Shown here: positions 19,669 to 29,021 of the stretch, piece after piece | Numbering within the stretch: position 1 is the first letter of the stretch | How the letters are laid out: the number at the start of each line of letters is the position of its first letter | Assembly (NCBI GenBank): GCA_965262725.1 | Contig: OZ253555.1 | Span: 288,001 to 352,000 of the forward strand | Origin: Dehalococcoidia bacterium | GTDB lineage: Bacteria > Chloroflexota > Dehalococcoidia > UBA2979 | DNA: 64,000 bases | Direction of reading: 5' to 3' | Program-made: the position numbers and the translations under genes | The notes under the pieces: model-generated | Told to the model about the DNA's origin: nothing | Databases searched by the model: none | Seen by the model: only the letters and a program-made list of their open reading frames with translations

Positions 19669-20160
19669 ATGACCGTGATCGATGACCTACTGGAGAACAA
19701 CGCGAGCTACGCAGCGAGTTTCGACAAGGGAGCCCTGCCGCTCCCGCCGGGACTCAACCTGGCGGTCGTGGCCTGCATGGACGCCCGCCTCGACACCCAC
19801 AAGCTGCTCGGCATCGGGGAAGGCGACGCGCACGTCATCCGCAACGCGGGCGGGGTCGTGACCGACGACGCCATCCGCTCGCTGACGATCTCGCAGCGCC
19901 TCCTGGGCACGACCTCGATCCTGCTCATCCACCACACCGACTGCGGCATGTTGACCTTCCGCGACGACGCCGTGAAGGACGCGATCGTGGCCGATACCGG
20001 ACTGCGGCCGGCGTTCGCCCTCGAGGCGTTCGGCGAGCTCGATGCGGACGTGCGGCAGTCGATCGCGCGCATCCAGGCGAGCCCCTTCGTCCCGCACAAG
20101 GACGACGTGCGCGGCTTCGTCTACGACTGCGCGAGCGGGCGGCTGAACGAGGTCAGCTGA
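19669..20160 (+). CDS. Beta-class carbonic anhydrase (Rv1284/clade D-like)
   Basis: ACMDARLD, HVIRNAGG, HHTDCGM zinc motifs; AAGGAGG RBS. Confidence 0.92.
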   Translation: MTVIDDLLENNASYAASFDKGALPLPPGLNLAVVACMDARLDTHKLLGIGEGDAHVIRNAGGVVTDDAIRSLTISQRLLGTTSILLIHHTDCGMLTFRDDAVKDAIVADTGLRPAFALEAFGELDADVRQSIARIQASPFVPHKDDVRGFVYDCASGRLNEVS

Positions 20161-20280
20161 CCCGCCCGTTGGCCCTCCGCCCGGGGGTTCACGAGCTCGA
20201 TCCCGCAGCCTGAGACGCTGTCGTCCCCTCGACGTGGCACGTGGGGCCGTCGCTGGCATGTGGCCGGGCGAGGAGCCTGC

Positions 20281-21180
20281 CTAGTCGGAGGCCGCGGCTC
20301 GCTCGCGTAGCAGGCCGGTGATCGCCCGGATCGTCTCCTGAAGCGTTCTGCCTGAGTCGATGGTCTCGGGGCTCTCGTCCGCGAAGGGCGTCGCGGCGAG
20401 GAGCCTGAACATCTCCGCGGCTCCCTGGTGGAATCGGGGCGTGACGCCGGCTTGCTCGAAAGTCCCGGCGATCTCCTCCATCTCCCCGATCCAGCGGCCG
20501 GCGTTCGCGGGAAGGCCGGGGATGCCGGACTCCATCTGCGAGAGCGTCCCGCCCTGACTCTGCCCGAGCTCCTCGACGAGCTCGTCGTAGAGGCCGAGCG
20601 AATCCGCGGCGGCGAGCATCGCGACCCTCAGCGCGTTCGTTCCCTTCGTCATCGACGCGTAGCACATCTTGATCGCCGACGCCCGCCCGATGGAGGGGCC
20701 GAGGTTCCGGACGGCAACGCCCGCGCCGTCGAGCTCGTCCATCAGGCCGGCGCCGGGGCCGGAGGTGTAGATCCGGGGCACCGCGCCCCTGGCCGGTGAG
20801 GATCCGATGATCCCGGCGTCGATGTAGTCGCCGCCGGCGCCCCCGATGATGGCGGCGATCGCCGACGCCGATCGCGGGGAGACCGCGTTGCAGTCCGCGA
20901 ATGGTCGCGAGGTCCCGGTGGCGCGCATCGCCTGCGCCACCTCCGTCGCCAGGGCCGCCGCCTGGGACGGGACGAGAATCGACATGATGAGATCGGCCTC
21001 ACGGACCACGTCCTCAAGTGAGGGAACATCCCCGAAGCCCGCGGCGGCCGCCAGCTCCCGCGTCCGCTGGCTCCTCCCGGCGAGACAGGTGATCACGGTG
21101 TAGCCGCGCTCGGCGAGCACCTTCCCCACGCCGTGACCCATGTCCCCCGGGCTGAGGATGGCGATTCTCCGGAGTGCCAT
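20281..21180 (-). CDS. NAD(P)-dependent oxidoreductase (6PGD-like with DUF1932-type C-terminus)
   Basis: SPGDMG Rossmann variant, DCNAVSP, ASAIKMCYASMTKG, RWIGEMEEIA. Confidence 0.8.
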   Translation of the reverse strand: MALRRIAILSPGDMGHGVGKVLAERGYTVITCLAGRSQRTRELAAAAGFGDVPSLEDVVREADLIMSILVPSQAAALATEVAQAMRATGTSRPFADCNAVSPRSASAIAAIIGGAGGDYIDAGIIGSSPARGAVPRIYTSGPGAGLMDELDGAGVAVRNLGPSIGRASAIKMCYASMTKGTNALRVAMLAAADSLGLYDELVEELGQSQGGTLSQMESGIPGLPANAGRWIGEMEEIAGTFEQAGVTPRFHQGAAEMFRLLAATPFADESPETIDSGRTLQETIRAITGLLRERAAASD

Positions 21181-21257
21181 GGATCCGTCCTGACGACGTC
21201 CGCGCGGATCGCCCCGTCCGCCCGCAGCCGCGTGCGGCTCGCCGGTGAGGGCGAGCG

Positions 21258-21536
21258 CTAGCGAGCGCCCCCCGCAACGGCGGGCACGATCGAGACCTCG
21301 TCGCCGTCGCCGAGTTCCGTGTCGAGGCCCTGGAGGAAGCGCACGTCCTCGCCGTTCACGTAGACGTTGACGAAGCGCCTGAGACCGCCCTCGTCACAGA
21401 GGCGCTCGCGGATTCCGGGGAAGGCGCCCTCGAGCTCGTCGACGACGCCGGCGAGCGTCGCGGCGCCCGAACTCACCGTGTCACGCTCGCCGGTGAGCTG
21501 ACGCAGCGGTGTCGGGATCTTCACGGTGACGCTCAT
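21258..21536 (-). CDS. MoaD/ThiS sulfur carrier 3
   Basis: IPTPLR, RRFVNVYVNGEDVRFL, VPAVAGGAR. Confidence 0.9.
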   Translation of the reverse strand: MSVTVKIPTPLRQLTGERDTVSSGAATLAGVVDELEGAFPGIRERLCDEGGLRRFVNVYVNGEDVRFLQGLDTELGDGDEVSIVPAVAGGAR

Positions 21537-21539
21537 CGG

Positions 21540-21782
21540 CTAGCCCTCCACCACATCGCCCGCGAGCGGGTCGACGCGAACGCCCTGCTCCTCCGCCCAC
21601 GCGATCGCGCGCTCGATCTCCCCGGGCTCGCCGTTGAGCTCAAGGATCACCCACCCCACCTGCTCGTCCACGTCGGCCATGCGGATGTTGGTGACGATGT
21701 CGTAGAGGTGGCCGATACGGTAAATCACCGGCTCCTGGATCAGCTTCGGCTGAAACGTGAATCGCACGCGGCGGCTCGCCAT
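21540..21782 (-). CDS. NIL-domain protein
   Basis: 80 aa, EPVIY...TNIRMADV...GWVILEL.G pattern; between thrC-like gene and MoaD. Confidence 0.8.
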   Translation of the reverse strand: MASRRVRFTFQPKLIQEPVIYRIGHLYDIVTNIRMADVDEQVGWVILELNGEPGEIERAIAWAEEQGVRVDPLAGDVVEG

Positions 21783-21784
21783 GA

Positions 21785-23050
21785 TCACGCCCCCGTTCCG
21801 GCGGTCGCCGCGGCGACGGGCCGCCTGCGCCCCGCGAGTGCCTCCGCGAATGCCTCGGCGCGGGCGGGGACGCGCAGCGGTTCGGCGACGTGCCCGGCGA
21901 CCGCCTCCACGGTCTTGAGACCGGCGCCGGTGATGAAGGCGACGGTCTCCTCCTCCGGCGCGATCGCTCCCGCTTCGACGAGCTTCTTCAGGCAGGCGAC
22001 CGTCACGCCGCCCGCCGTCTCGGCGAAGATGCCCTCGGTCTCGGCGAGTAGCCGGATGCCCGCGACGATCTCCGCGTCGGTCGCCATCTCCGCTCCGCCC
22101 CCCGTCTCCTCCATCTTCTTCAGCGCATAGTAGCCGTCGGCCGGGTTCCCGATCGCCAGCGAGCGCGCGATCGTGTTCGGCTTCTGCGGGACGAAGTTGA
22201 ACGTGCCCGCCTGATGCGCCGTCGTGATCGGCGAGCAGCCGGCGGCCTGCGCCCCGAACATGCGCGTTCGTGGCTCCTCTATCAGCCCGAGCGTGGCGAA
22301 CTCCGTCAGTCCCTTGTGGATCTTCGTGAAGAGCGAGCCCGAGGCCATCGGGACGACGCAGGCATCCGGCGAGCGCCAGCCGAGCTGCTCGGCGACCTCG
22401 AAGCCGAGCGTGCGCGATCCCTCCGCGTAGTAGGGGCGCACGTTGATGTTCACGAAGGCCCAGGGGTAGTTCTGCGAGATCTCCGTGCACAGTCGGTTCA
22501 CGTCGTCGTAGGTGCCGTCGACCATCACCAGCGTGGGGTCGTAGACGGCGCTGCCGACCACCTTCCCGTGCTCGAGGTCGTCGGGGATGAAGACGTAGAC
22601 CTCCATCCCGGCGCGCGCCGCGTGCGCGCAGACGGCGTTGGCGAGATTGCCGGTCGAGGCGCAGGCGATCACGTCGTAGCCGAACTGGCGCGCCCGGGCG
22701 ATGGCGACGGAGACGACGCGATCCTTGAACGACCACGTGGGGTTCACGGTGTCGTTCTTGAGCCAGAGCGTCTGAAGCCCCACCGCCTCCGCGAGGCGGT
22801 CGGCGCGCTGCAGCGGCGTGAACCCGGTCCCGATGTCGACGCGGAACTCCGGATCGCAGGGGAGCAGGTCGGCGTAGCGCCAGAGCGTGGCCGGCCCCGC
22901 CTCGATGCTCTCGCGGGAGACGTGGGCGCGCATCGCCTCGTAGTCGTAGGCGACCTCGAGCGGGCCGAAGCAGAACTCGCAGGAGTAGATCGCAGCGAGC
23001 GGGTACTCCCGCCCGCACTCCCTGCAGCGCAACGCGCGATCAAAGGACAT
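21785..23050 (-). CDS. thrC: Threonine synthase-family PLP enzyme
   Basis: CRECG...CEFC zinc ribbon, NPTWSFKDR, ASTGNLA, NIN.RPYYAEG, LAIGNPADG, GIFAETAGG, TGAGLK. Confidence 0.88.
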   Translation of the reverse strand: MSFDRALRCRECGREYPLAAIYSCEFCFGPLEVAYDYEAMRAHVSRESIEAGPATLWRYADLLPCDPEFRVDIGTGFTPLQRADRLAEAVGLQTLWLKNDTVNPTWSFKDRVVSVAIARARQFGYDVIACASTGNLANAVCAHAARAGMEVYVFIPDDLEHGKVVGSAVYDPTLVMVDGTYDDVNRLCTEISQNYPWAFVNINVRPYYAEGSRTLGFEVAEQLGWRSPDACVVPMASGSLFTKIHKGLTEFATLGLIEEPRTRMFGAQAAGCSPITTAHQAGTFNFVPQKPNTIARSLAIGNPADGYYALKKMEETGGGAEMATDAEIVAGIRLLAETEGIFAETAGGVTVACLKKLVEAGAIAPEEETVAFITGAGLKTVEAVAGHVAEPLRVPARAEAFAEALAGRRRPVAAATAGTGA

Positions 23051-23224
23051 GGTGGCGGCTCCGGATGGGCTCGGGGTGGAGATGGGATGCCCGGTGCGCG
23101 CTCGCCCCACGCGGAGCGACGGCCCGGGCTAGAGCATCATCCTTCCGGCGTGCCGCCGTGCGGCGGCGCCCCGGCGCCGACTCGGTGCCTCCGTGGGGAT
23201 GGTGCTCTGCATCAACGTGCCTCT

Positions 23225-23345
23225 GCTCATCGCTCCCGGCGCTCGTGCGCGGCCACCGGGTCGGCTGGGGCACCGCATCCCCCCTCGGTCGGGGGAGGGT
23301 TGCCGTGGCTTCGTCGGGCCGATTCCCTCTGCCACTCGTGATGAA
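23225..23345 (-). ncRNA. SAM-I family riboswitch
   Basis: Minus strand TTCATC.CGAGTGGCAGAGGGA..CGGCCCGACGAAGCC.CGGCAACC...GGTGCC...GATGAG matches the SAM-I core. Confidence 0.85.
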
Positions 23346-23386
23346 CGACCCCGGCGTGCATACGCGTCCCGGGGCGCCCATCGAGG

Positions 23387-24259
23387 CTAGGTGCGCCCTC
23401 CCGTCGCGTCAAGGCGAGGCGCGCCGGAGGGGGACGGCCCTCTGCGCCACACCCAGATCACGAGCGGCACGGCCACCAGCACCACGATGACGGAGACCAG
23501 CTGCGGCACCCGCAGCAGTCCCGCCGCGGTCTCCGCGGAGTCGACGCGCAGGTCGGTCAGGAAGAAGCGCATCACCGCGTAGCTCACGAGATAGGTGAGG
23601 AAGAGGAGGCCGGGCCGGGGTCGGAACCAGCTGCTCCTGAAGTAGAGCGCGAGCAAGAGGCCCATGATCAGGAGATCGCCCAGGAGTTCGTAGGTGGTCG
23701 CGGGGTGGTGGGCGCCGAAGGCGATCGAATGCGCGAACGCCGGCGAATCGGGGTGCGTGTAGACGACCCCCCACGGCAGATCGGTCACCGTCCCGAGATG
23801 CTCGCCGTTCACGAGATCGCCGAGTCGTCCCGTCGCCTGCCCGAGCAGCGCCGTCGGCGCAGCGATGTCGAGGGCGGGCCCGACGGGGAAACCCCGCCAC
23901 CAGGCCCAGAGGATCCCGCCGAGGAAACCGCCGAGGATCGCGCCCCAGATCGAGATCCCGCCCTCGGTGAGGGCGAGGATGTCGCCGGGGTTCTGGCCGT
24001 AGACGTCCCAGTGCTCGGCGACGAAGAGCGCCCGCGCCCCGATGATGCCGGAGGGCACCGCCGCCAGCGCAATGGAGTAGACGTGGTCCGGGTCGTAGCC
24101 GATCCGATCCGCCAGCCGGAGCGCGATCCACATGCCCACGAGGACCCCCGCCGCGGTGAAGAGCCCGTGCCAGGTGAACATCAGGCTGCCCAGCGTGGCT
24201 ATGTCGGGGTTCCAGGGAATCTCGATGGCGAGGGCGGTTGCGGGAAGGGGACCCATCAC
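23387..24259 (-). CDS. lgt: Prolipoprotein diacylglyceryl transferase
   Basis: WHGL, GIIGAR, GGISIWGAILGG, GQATGRLGDLVNGE, HPATTYE, RFFL..LR.D. Confidence 0.9.
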   Translation of the reverse strand: MMGPLPATALAIEIPWNPDIATLGSLMFTWHGLFTAAGVLVGMWIALRLADRIGYDPDHVYSIALAAVPSGIIGARALFVAEHWDVYGQNPGDILALTEGGISIWGAILGGFLGGILWAWWRGFPVGPALDIAAPTALLGQATGRLGDLVNGEHLGTVTDLPWGVVYTHPDSPAFAHSIAFGAHHPATTYELLGDLLIMGLLLALYFRSSWFRPRPGLLFLTYLVSYAVMRFFLTDLRVDSAETAAGLLRVPQLVSVIVVLVAVPLVIWVWRRGPSPSGAPRLDATGGRT

Positions 24260-24364
24260 ACCTCGCTCGACGCGGCGCCCGGACGCGCGCCGATCCTACA
24301 GGGTGCCCCCCGTGCGCGCTCAGGGGCGCGTTCGGGGGCGCGTTCGGGGGCGCGGGCGTGCCCG

Positions 24365-25171
24365 CTACTCGGCGGGCGGCCCGAAGAGCCGCTCGTAGAG
24401 GGCGCGCACCTCAGCGGGCGGGAGGCCCGCGCCGAGGAAGCTCTCCCCCACGTGCACCTCGGCGTGCAGATGCAGTTCGGTGCCGGGATCCGTCACCGAC
24501 TCGGGCGTGCCGGATTCGCCGATGAAGGCGATCAGATCCCCCCGCGCGACCGCGCGACCCTGGAAGATCCCCTGGGCGACGCCGGCCAGGTGCGCGTAGC
24601 GCGTGACGATCCCCCGGCCGTGATCCACCCACACCTGCCGCCCGCGGTAGATGTCGAGCGTCTCCGGGTCGCTGTAGCCCTGCGCCTGGGTGAGAGCCGC
24701 GAGCTCCTCCACCTGCTCGGGGGTGATGTCCGCGTAGCGGTGGTCGGCGCGCAGCACCACGCCGTCGTACATGGCGTAGACCGGCGTCCCGCGCTCGATC
24801 ACCGCGCAGGCCGAGCCGGGATACCAGTCGACGCCCTCGTGCACGCCGTTGCGGTAGGCGCGCGGCGCGTTCGGCATGAGGCCGTCGTAGCCGGGGAGGC
24901 AGCCGCCCTCCACCGGGTAGAGGAAGCCCCGGAGGTCCTCGGGGTCGAGCGTCGAGGGGGGAGGGGTCGGCGTGAAGGGGAGCGGCGAAGGCGTCGGCGA
25001 TGGCGTGGACGTCGGCGTCGGGGTGGCCGGCGGGGTGGTCGGCGTCACCACGGTGCCGTTCGCGATCACGCGCACGTCCTCGTCACCCCCCGAGCCGAAG
25101 CACGCGGCGAGCAGGAGCGCGGGGACGGCGGCGGCGGCTACGAGCAGGAAGCGGCGGCGGGTGGTACGCAC
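24365..25171 (-). CDS. M23-family metallopeptidase lipoprotein
   Basis: Lipobox LLAAC, PT linker, HEGVD, TRYAHL, HLHAE. Confidence 0.88.
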   Translation of the reverse strand: MRTTRRRFLLVAAAAVPALLLAACFGSGGDEDVRVIANGTVVTPTTPPATPTPTSTPSPTPSPLPFTPTPPPSTLDPEDLRGFLYPVEGGCLPGYDGLMPNAPRAYRNGVHEGVDWYPGSACAVIERGTPVYAMYDGVVLRADHRYADITPEQVEELAALTQAQGYSDPETLDIYRGRQVWVDHGRGIVTRYAHLAGVAQGIFQGRAVARGDLIAFIGESGTPESVTDPGTELHLHAEVHVGESFLGAGLPPAEVRALYERLFGPPAE

Positions 25172-27082
25172 GGCACTCTCCCCCGGCTCCGGCGCCCCGA
25201 GAGGGGGGCGTAGACCGCATCCTGAGAGAACCTACAGCGGAACCGGCGCGAGCAGTAGCGGTCTCGCACGAACCCCGGCGTGCCCCGGGTGCGTGAAGGT
25301 CAGAATCTCGTCGCGCCAGAACACCGACGCGAGCGGGTGCGTGTCCTGTTTGTCCTTGCCTGCGTCCAAATCTGTAGACGTCCGGTTCGCCATCTCATGC
25401 TCTACTAGTTTCGGCCTCGCTTGATTGTCCGAGCGCGGCGACCCGCGATGTCCTATGTGTGGGTTACGAGTACGGTTCGTCATTGTCCCCATCGCTCTCC
25501 ACGGTCCGAGTGACATCGAATAGGTCCATCAGCCTTAAGCGAAGAGATGGGACCTCTTCTTCGCGTTCAATCGACGCCTCGGGAGCCGCGAGAGGAGGTA
25601 GTGATTCAAGCACGCCGGGAACGGAACGGAGCCGCGACTCGGAATCGTAGAACTCGACGTCCCAAGCGTCCAGCGCAGCGAACTCTGGTCTGCACTGGAA
25701 GTGTGCCTTAGTGCCCAACCACCCCTTCCTAGGGGCTTCGTATGCTAGAAGCCATTGGTCGGATCTCAACTCCTCCTTAGTAATCAGTCCGAGCCACTTC
25801 GTCTTGTCCAGCCCGGCGAGTAGGCCGCGGCGCTCGGCGTCCAACGCCAACACGGCGACTACGGAGTCAGACATGGCACCCAGCGTTCGCCCGACGCTAT
25901 CGTCGAGGCGCACTTCAAACGCTATCGCCCCCCACAACGCCCAAGCGACTTCACTGCTGCCTCCGAGTGGCACATGTCTCACGATTACGCGACTGAGGGT
26001 GTCGCGAACCGCATCCTTGTTCAGCGGAAGCCCCTTTCGTGTGTGCTCAAGAAGCGACCCCATCGCTCTCCTGATGCATCCGGGCTCGACGAGGACCGCT
26101 TGAAGTAGAAGGTCGTGCACCAAAGACCAATTCCCGCCCTGAATCTCCAACCATCTCAAGCTGCTTGCTGCCCACCTCACGGGGGCGGCAATATGCAATG
26201 CGTCCCCCAGAGAGGCCGCTAGGTCAAAGTAGCGGATGAGATCATCAGCCTGAGCGGACGGTCGGATCTGAAAGCCACGAAGCTGCGCTTTCCAGGTGGG
26301 CATCATGGGCACTGGGATCCTACTGATCGCAGTCTTTGTCGCGTTGAGCTGGAGTTCGTAGTGCGCGAGTTCGGAGCGAAGCGTTGCGAGAATCCGGTCG
26401 GCATCTGCTTCTGAACCCACCCCAAACTCGTAGTCATCGATGATTCGCATGCCCTGCAAGTCCGGGAACTCCGCCTGGAGAGCCGCATCCACTCGCGACA
26501 TGATCAACTCTGAAAGGGCGAACGACCAAGAGAGTCCAATCGGAATACCAATCGTCTGATTGTCTTGCCCCCGGCGAAGACCGCGGTCGAGCCGCTTCCC
26601 TAGAAGGGTGCAGTCACGCGGTTTCTCTTTCGCAGTCGCCTTTGTATGGAGCGCCCAGGGCAGGGCGTGCGTGTACAACGTTGGATAGAACTGCGACACA
26701 TCGGCACGCACGACGTGGCTACTCCAACACGAATCTCTGCGCGCCGGACGTCCTGTTGCCGCCTGGTGTGCGACCAAATCAGGGTACGGAGATTGCTGGC
26801 ATCTGAAACGGTGGGACGACTCATCGCATAGTGCGAGAGTCGATGGACATCTCGAAGAGCGTCCCAGTGGTCAACGACAATCCGCGCGACCGCGAGAGCG
26901 GCGGTAGGACTCGGTATCGAAAACTGCCGAGGCAGATTGCCTGGCCGCACCAGATGGTGACGCACAGGCTTGCTGGTTGGCTGGTCATCCTCATTGAACT
27001 CGGTCGGAAGGGTCTTGAGGTGTCCGGCGGCGGCGGCAGCGAATGAGCTACTCGTGAACGGGGGAGGTAGCTCATCGGTCAG

Positions 27083-28731
27083 CCCGGATCCACCGGTGAC
27101 CGGTGTTGAGCCGTGCGGAGGAGCGCGAAGCGGCCGTCGTGTGAGGTGCGGGAGCCGTTTGTGACTCCCGGAGGAGTGCTCGGCGCTGTCCGGGGCGTGT
27201 GATCAGCAGGGGAGACCGGCGCGGAGGCGATTGCGGACAGGCGGGCGCGCGGCGCTGGTCCGCGAGCGGCGAGGGGGAGCGGCGTCAGGTCGGGAGCGGG
27301 AGCGCGCGCAGCCGTGCGAGGGCATCGGTGAAGTGACCGGCCCATGGCCAGCGCGCCGGCAGATGGAGCGTGAACCGACGAGCAGAGCGGGTCAGCCGCC
27401 CGACGAGAGCGAAGAGCCGCCGCCGGAGCGTCCGGGTGGTGACGATGCGCTCGCCGAGCCCGAGCCGCGCCGTCCAGCGAGCGAGATTGTGGGCGATCAC
27501 CTGGACCGCGAGCCAGGCGCCGTTGGCGGCGAAGCGGCCGGACGGCAGGTGATTGAGCCCCACGCCGTACTTCAGGTCGCGGATCGCGTTCTCGACCTCG
27601 GCGTGGCGGCGATGGTCGGCCTCCAGTTCGAGCGTCTCCCCGTCGCGGTCGGTGATGAAGGCGTGGTAGCTATACGTCGCGAAGAGAGCGAGCTGCGAAC
27701 CAGGCGTCGGCCGCACGCGCCGGACGATGAGCCGCACCGGGACGGCGTCCGGCGCGTGTGCGAACGGCGTGTAGGTCGTCTCTGAGACATCGGCGCCGCC
27801 CTCCAGCCAGTACGGGATCGGCGTCCACTCCTGTTCGGGAATCGCCTCGGTCAGCTTCCGCAGCTTCGGATGCTGGCGGATCGTGACCGAGAAGCGGACA
27901 TCCATCTCGCGGCAGGCAGCGACCACCGCGCGGGAGTAGAAGCCGCTGTCGGCGCGCACCGTGAGTTGCCCGTTCGCTCCGGCATCGCGGACTCGACCCA
28001 CCGTCTCCTGTAGGAAGTGGGCGGCGCCCCGGCCGCTGTACGCACGACCCCCGCGCAGCCGGGCCATCAGCACGTCACCCGTCCCGGCCGCCACCGCGAG
28101 CAGCGGGTGATAGCCGCGCGCACCGGTGTAGCCGGGGCGCTGCGCCCCCTCCTTGGCGAAGCCGTAGGTCTCGCACACCGTCGAATCGAGGTCGATGGTG
28201 AATGGCGCCTCGCCGGGTCCGGCCCCGGCGGCCCAGGCGCGGGCAAGCAGCGCGCGACTGACGCGGTCGAGCTGGCGGACGTGGCCCCAGCGGAAACTGC
28301 GTAGGAAGGTGCCGAGCGTGGATGGCGCCTTGACGGTGCATCCGAGAACGCGCTCTGTGCCGCCGGCGCGCAACGCATCGGCATCGTCGATGCAGTCGCC
28401 GCCCGCTAGCACGGAGGCGACGAGTGTCGCGACCTTGTCTCCCGCGTTCGCCCTGCCCGGTGCGTCGCCGAGGTCGAGGTGACGGTCGACCAGCTCCCGC
28501 AGGCCGAGACGTTCGGCGAGCGTGGCCGGCAGGAGCAGACCCGCGTGGGCCACCAGGCGGTCGTCGTCGAAGGCGATCGAGAGCCGGGCGGGGCTGCTCG
28601 GTGATAGCATCGAATGGGTGCTCCCTGTTTCCGGTGGATCGTTCGCTTCACGACCATTCTCCCAGATTCAGAGGAGCACCCAATTCCCTCTCTTCGCGAC
28701 TGCATCCACGCTCTCCTTCGGTGCATCCGGG
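27083..28731 (-). mobile_element. IS1380-family element, divergent copy B
   Basis: Ends CCCGGATCCACCG / CGGTGCATCCGGG; 5-bp duplication GTCAG. Confidence 0.9.
27285..28610 (-). CDS. IS1380 transposase (intact, 441 aa)
   Basis: IDLDST, GYHPL, VRADSGFY, HRRHAEVENAIRDLK. Confidence 0.93.
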   Translation of the reverse strand: MLSPSSPARLSIAFDDDRLVAHAGLLLPATLAERLGLRELVDRHLDLGDAPGRANAGDKVATLVASVLAGGDCIDDADALRAGGTERVLGCTVKAPSTLGTFLRSFRWGHVRQLDRVSRALLARAWAAGAGPGEAPFTIDLDSTVCETYGFAKEGAQRPGYTGARGYHPLLAVAAGTGDVLMARLRGGRAYSGRGAAHFLQETVGRVRDAGANGQLTVRADSGFYSRAVVAACREMDVRFSVTIRQHPKLRKLTEAIPEQEWTPIPYWLEGGADVSETTYTPFAHAPDAVPVRLIVRRVRPTPGSQLALFATYSYHAFITDRDGETLELEADHRRHAEVENAIRDLKYGVGLNHLPSGRFAANGAWLAVQVIAHNLARWTARLGLGERIVTTRTLRRRLFALVGRLTRSARRFTLHLPARWPWAGHFTDALARLRALPLPT

Positions 28732-29021
28732 GTCAGGTAGCCGCGCGCTAAGAGACCCTCCAGCGTGATGTCAGCCAATACGTGCCCCCTGCGAGTTCCG
28801 TCAGGTGTGCGCCCCGCGCCAGATCTGATGGCGCGGAATCACTGGGTCAGGCGGCCTAGCCTCAACACCTGGGCGAAGCGCCTCGGCCTCGTCGCCGGTT
28901 ACGCCGCCCCTCCCGAGCCCACACGCCCGGAACCGCCGCCGGCCATGCGGCAGGCAGCCTCTTGCTCTCCCGTTTGTCCTGCTCGGTGGCAACCGAAGCT
29001 AAGCACGCTGGTCACTCCGTC

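Larger units (their letters stand above)
25464..28778 (-). pseudogene. Abi/DRT-like (non-intron) reverse transcriptase, split by IS1380 and frameshifted near 26725
   Basis: Rejoined N-terminus (TTG 28778) ADITLEGLLARGYL|TDELPPPFTS; then RQFSIPSP, DVSQFYPTLYTHALPWALH, QDNQTIGIPIG, RIIDD, LNATKT and a helical C-terminal region. Confidence 0.8.

Noticed and set aside
24322-24358. 12-bp tandem repeat GGGGCGCGTTCG (about three units) between lgt and the M23 gene
   Set aside because: Short GC-rich slippage repeat with no sign of function.
25464-29020. Retron or diversity-generating retroelement around the non-intron RT
   Set aside because: No VTG/NAxxH retron motifs, no clear a1/a2 repeats, and no TR/VR pair with adenine-specific mismatches.
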